A DNA stretch of 64,000 nt, from assembly GCF_036365525.1 (NCBI RefSeq), contig NC_090405.1:24986001-25050000 (forward strand), read 5' to 3'. This stretch comes from Heterodontus francisci. Its lineage: Eukaryota. The notes below the pieces were generated by a model. It was not told where the DNA came from and ran no database searches. It saw only the letters and a program-made list of their open reading frames with translations. The position numbers and the translations under genes are program-made. Of the stretch, positions 62,247-64,000 are shown piece by piece. The stretch's first letter is position 1. Each line of letters starts with the position of its first letter.

Positions 62247-63727
62247 AGACCCACAGCAATGTGGTTAACTCTTACATGCCCTCTGAAATGGCCCAGCAAG
62301 CCACTCAGTTGTACCTAACCGCTACGAAGTCAATAAAAAGGAATGAAACTGGACGGACCACCCGGCATCGACCCAGGCACCGGAAGCGACAATGGCAAAC
62401 CCAGCCCTGTCGACCCTGCAAAGTCCTCCTTACTAACATCTGGGGGCTTGTACCAAAGTTGGGAGAGCTGTCCCACTGACTAGTCAAGCAACAGCACGAC
62501 ATAGTCATACTCACGGAATCATACCTGACAGACAGTGTCCCAGACACTGCCATCACCATCCCCGTGTATGTCCTGTCCCACCGGCAGGACAGACCCACCA
62601 GAGGTGGCGGCATAGTGGTATACAGTAGGGAGGGAGTTGCTCTGGGAGTCCTCAACATTGACTCTGGACCCCATGAAGTCTCATGGCATCAGATCAAACA
62701 TGGACAAGGAAACCTCCTGCTGATTACCACCTACTGCCCTCCCTCAGCTGATGAGTCAGTACTCCTCCATGTTGAACAGCACTTGGAGGAAGCACTGAGG
62801 GTGGCGAGGGCACAGAATGTGCTCTGGGTGGTGACCTCAATGTCCATCACCAACAGTGGCTCGGTAGCACCACTACGGACCGAGCTGGCCGAGTCCTAAA
62901 GGACATATCTGCTAGACTGGGTATGTGGCAGGTGGTGAGGGAACCAACAAGAGGGGAAAACATACTTGACTTCGTCCTGACCAATCTGCCTGCTGCAGAT
63001 GCATCTGTTCATGACTGTATTGATAGGAGTGACCACCGCACAGTCCTTGTGGAGACGAAGTCCCGCCTTCACATTGAGGATACCGTCCACCGTGTTGTGT
63101 GGCACTACCACCGTGCTAAATGGGATTGATTTTGAACAGATCTCGCAATGCAAAACTGGGCATCCATGAGGCGCTGTGGGCCATCAGCAGCAGCAGAATT
63201 GTACTCAACCACAATCTGTAACCTCATGGCCCGGCATATCCCCCACTCTACTCCATCAAGCCAGGAGACCAACCCTAATTCAATGAAGAGTGCAGGAGGG
63301 CATGCCAGGAGCAGCACCAGGCATACCTCAAAATGAGGTGTCAACCTGGTGAAGCTACAACACAGGACTATCTGCGTGCCAAACTGCGTAAGCAGCATGC
63401 AATAGACAGAGCTAAGTGATCCCATAACCAACGGATCAGATCTAAGCTCTGCTATCCTGCCACATGCAGCCATGAATGGTGGTGGACAACTAAACAACTA
63501 ACTGGAGGAGGTGGCTCCACAAATATCCCCATCCTCAATGATGCAGGAGCCCAGCACATCAGTGTGAAAGATAAGGCTGAAGCATTTGCAACAATCCTCA
63601 GCCAGAAGTGCCGAGTTGATGATCCATCTCGGCCTCCTCCTGAAGTCCCCAGCATCACGGATGCCAGACTTCAGCCAATTCGATTCACTCCACATGATAT
63701 CAAGAAACGACTGAAGGCACTGGATAC
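62247..63727 (+). mobile_element. LINE 5' part (APE endonuclease), probably the same family as 20050-21160, preceded by SINE-like leader
   Basis: LLTNIWGL, DIVILTESYL, RQDRPTRGGG, SDHRTV motifs. 62247-62330 matches the reverse complement of 3926-4012. Confidence 0.8.
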
Positions 63728-64000
63728 GGAAGACACGTAAATCTCAATGGAGAAAAGACTGCTACATCAGAACCTGTGCCCCAACAAATTGCAAGACCTA
63801 TCGACAACCAAAGACTCCACATTGAACTTAAAGGACTGTAACTACCAGATATTGCCTCAAACTTTTCCCATTTATTCCTTCTACTTTTTCTGTCTCTATC
63901 TGCGTGTGTTTATCGTATATGCATGCTTGCCTGGTCGCATCGCATGTTCATAATCGTTAACCTGATTAGAGGTTAAGATTAATAAACTTTTACCTTGTTT
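63728..64000 (+). mobile_element. Possible LTR-like insertion truncating the LINE (runs off the window)
   Basis: Abrupt loss of LINE similarity, pyrimidine-rich stretch and AATAAA at ~63981. Termini not seen. Confidence 0.3.

Overview
This is repeat-dense vertebrate genomic DNA, most likely from a cartilaginous fish (inferred from HE1-like V-SINEs and CR1 LINEs, not from a database hit). The only intact host protein-coding genes are four replication-dependent histone genes: H2B(+), H2A(+), H3(-) and H2B(-), at 35.3-39.6 kb, each with a 3' stem-loop. They sit at the centre of a large, old inverted segmental duplication (about 12.4-35.8 kb mirrored by 39.1-54.9 kb). The arms differ by arm-specific transposon insertions, but the two H2B promoter+CDS units are almost identical, which looks like gene conversion. 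The rest of the window holds: an intact Penelope-like element (RT + GIY-YIG) with minimal hammerhead-ribozyme motifs in its pseudo-LTRs; many CR1 copies, one near full length with a 14 x 69-bp TATA-containing array at its 5' end; a LINE that appears to carry a tRNA-derived head; RTE fragments; a solo LTR; 10 V-SINEs; a degenerate 46-bp minisatellite; and a multi-copy CpG promoter + exon module that may be an unannotated spliced (possibly non-coding) gene family. All alignments were made by eye, so element boundaries are approximate to a few bases.
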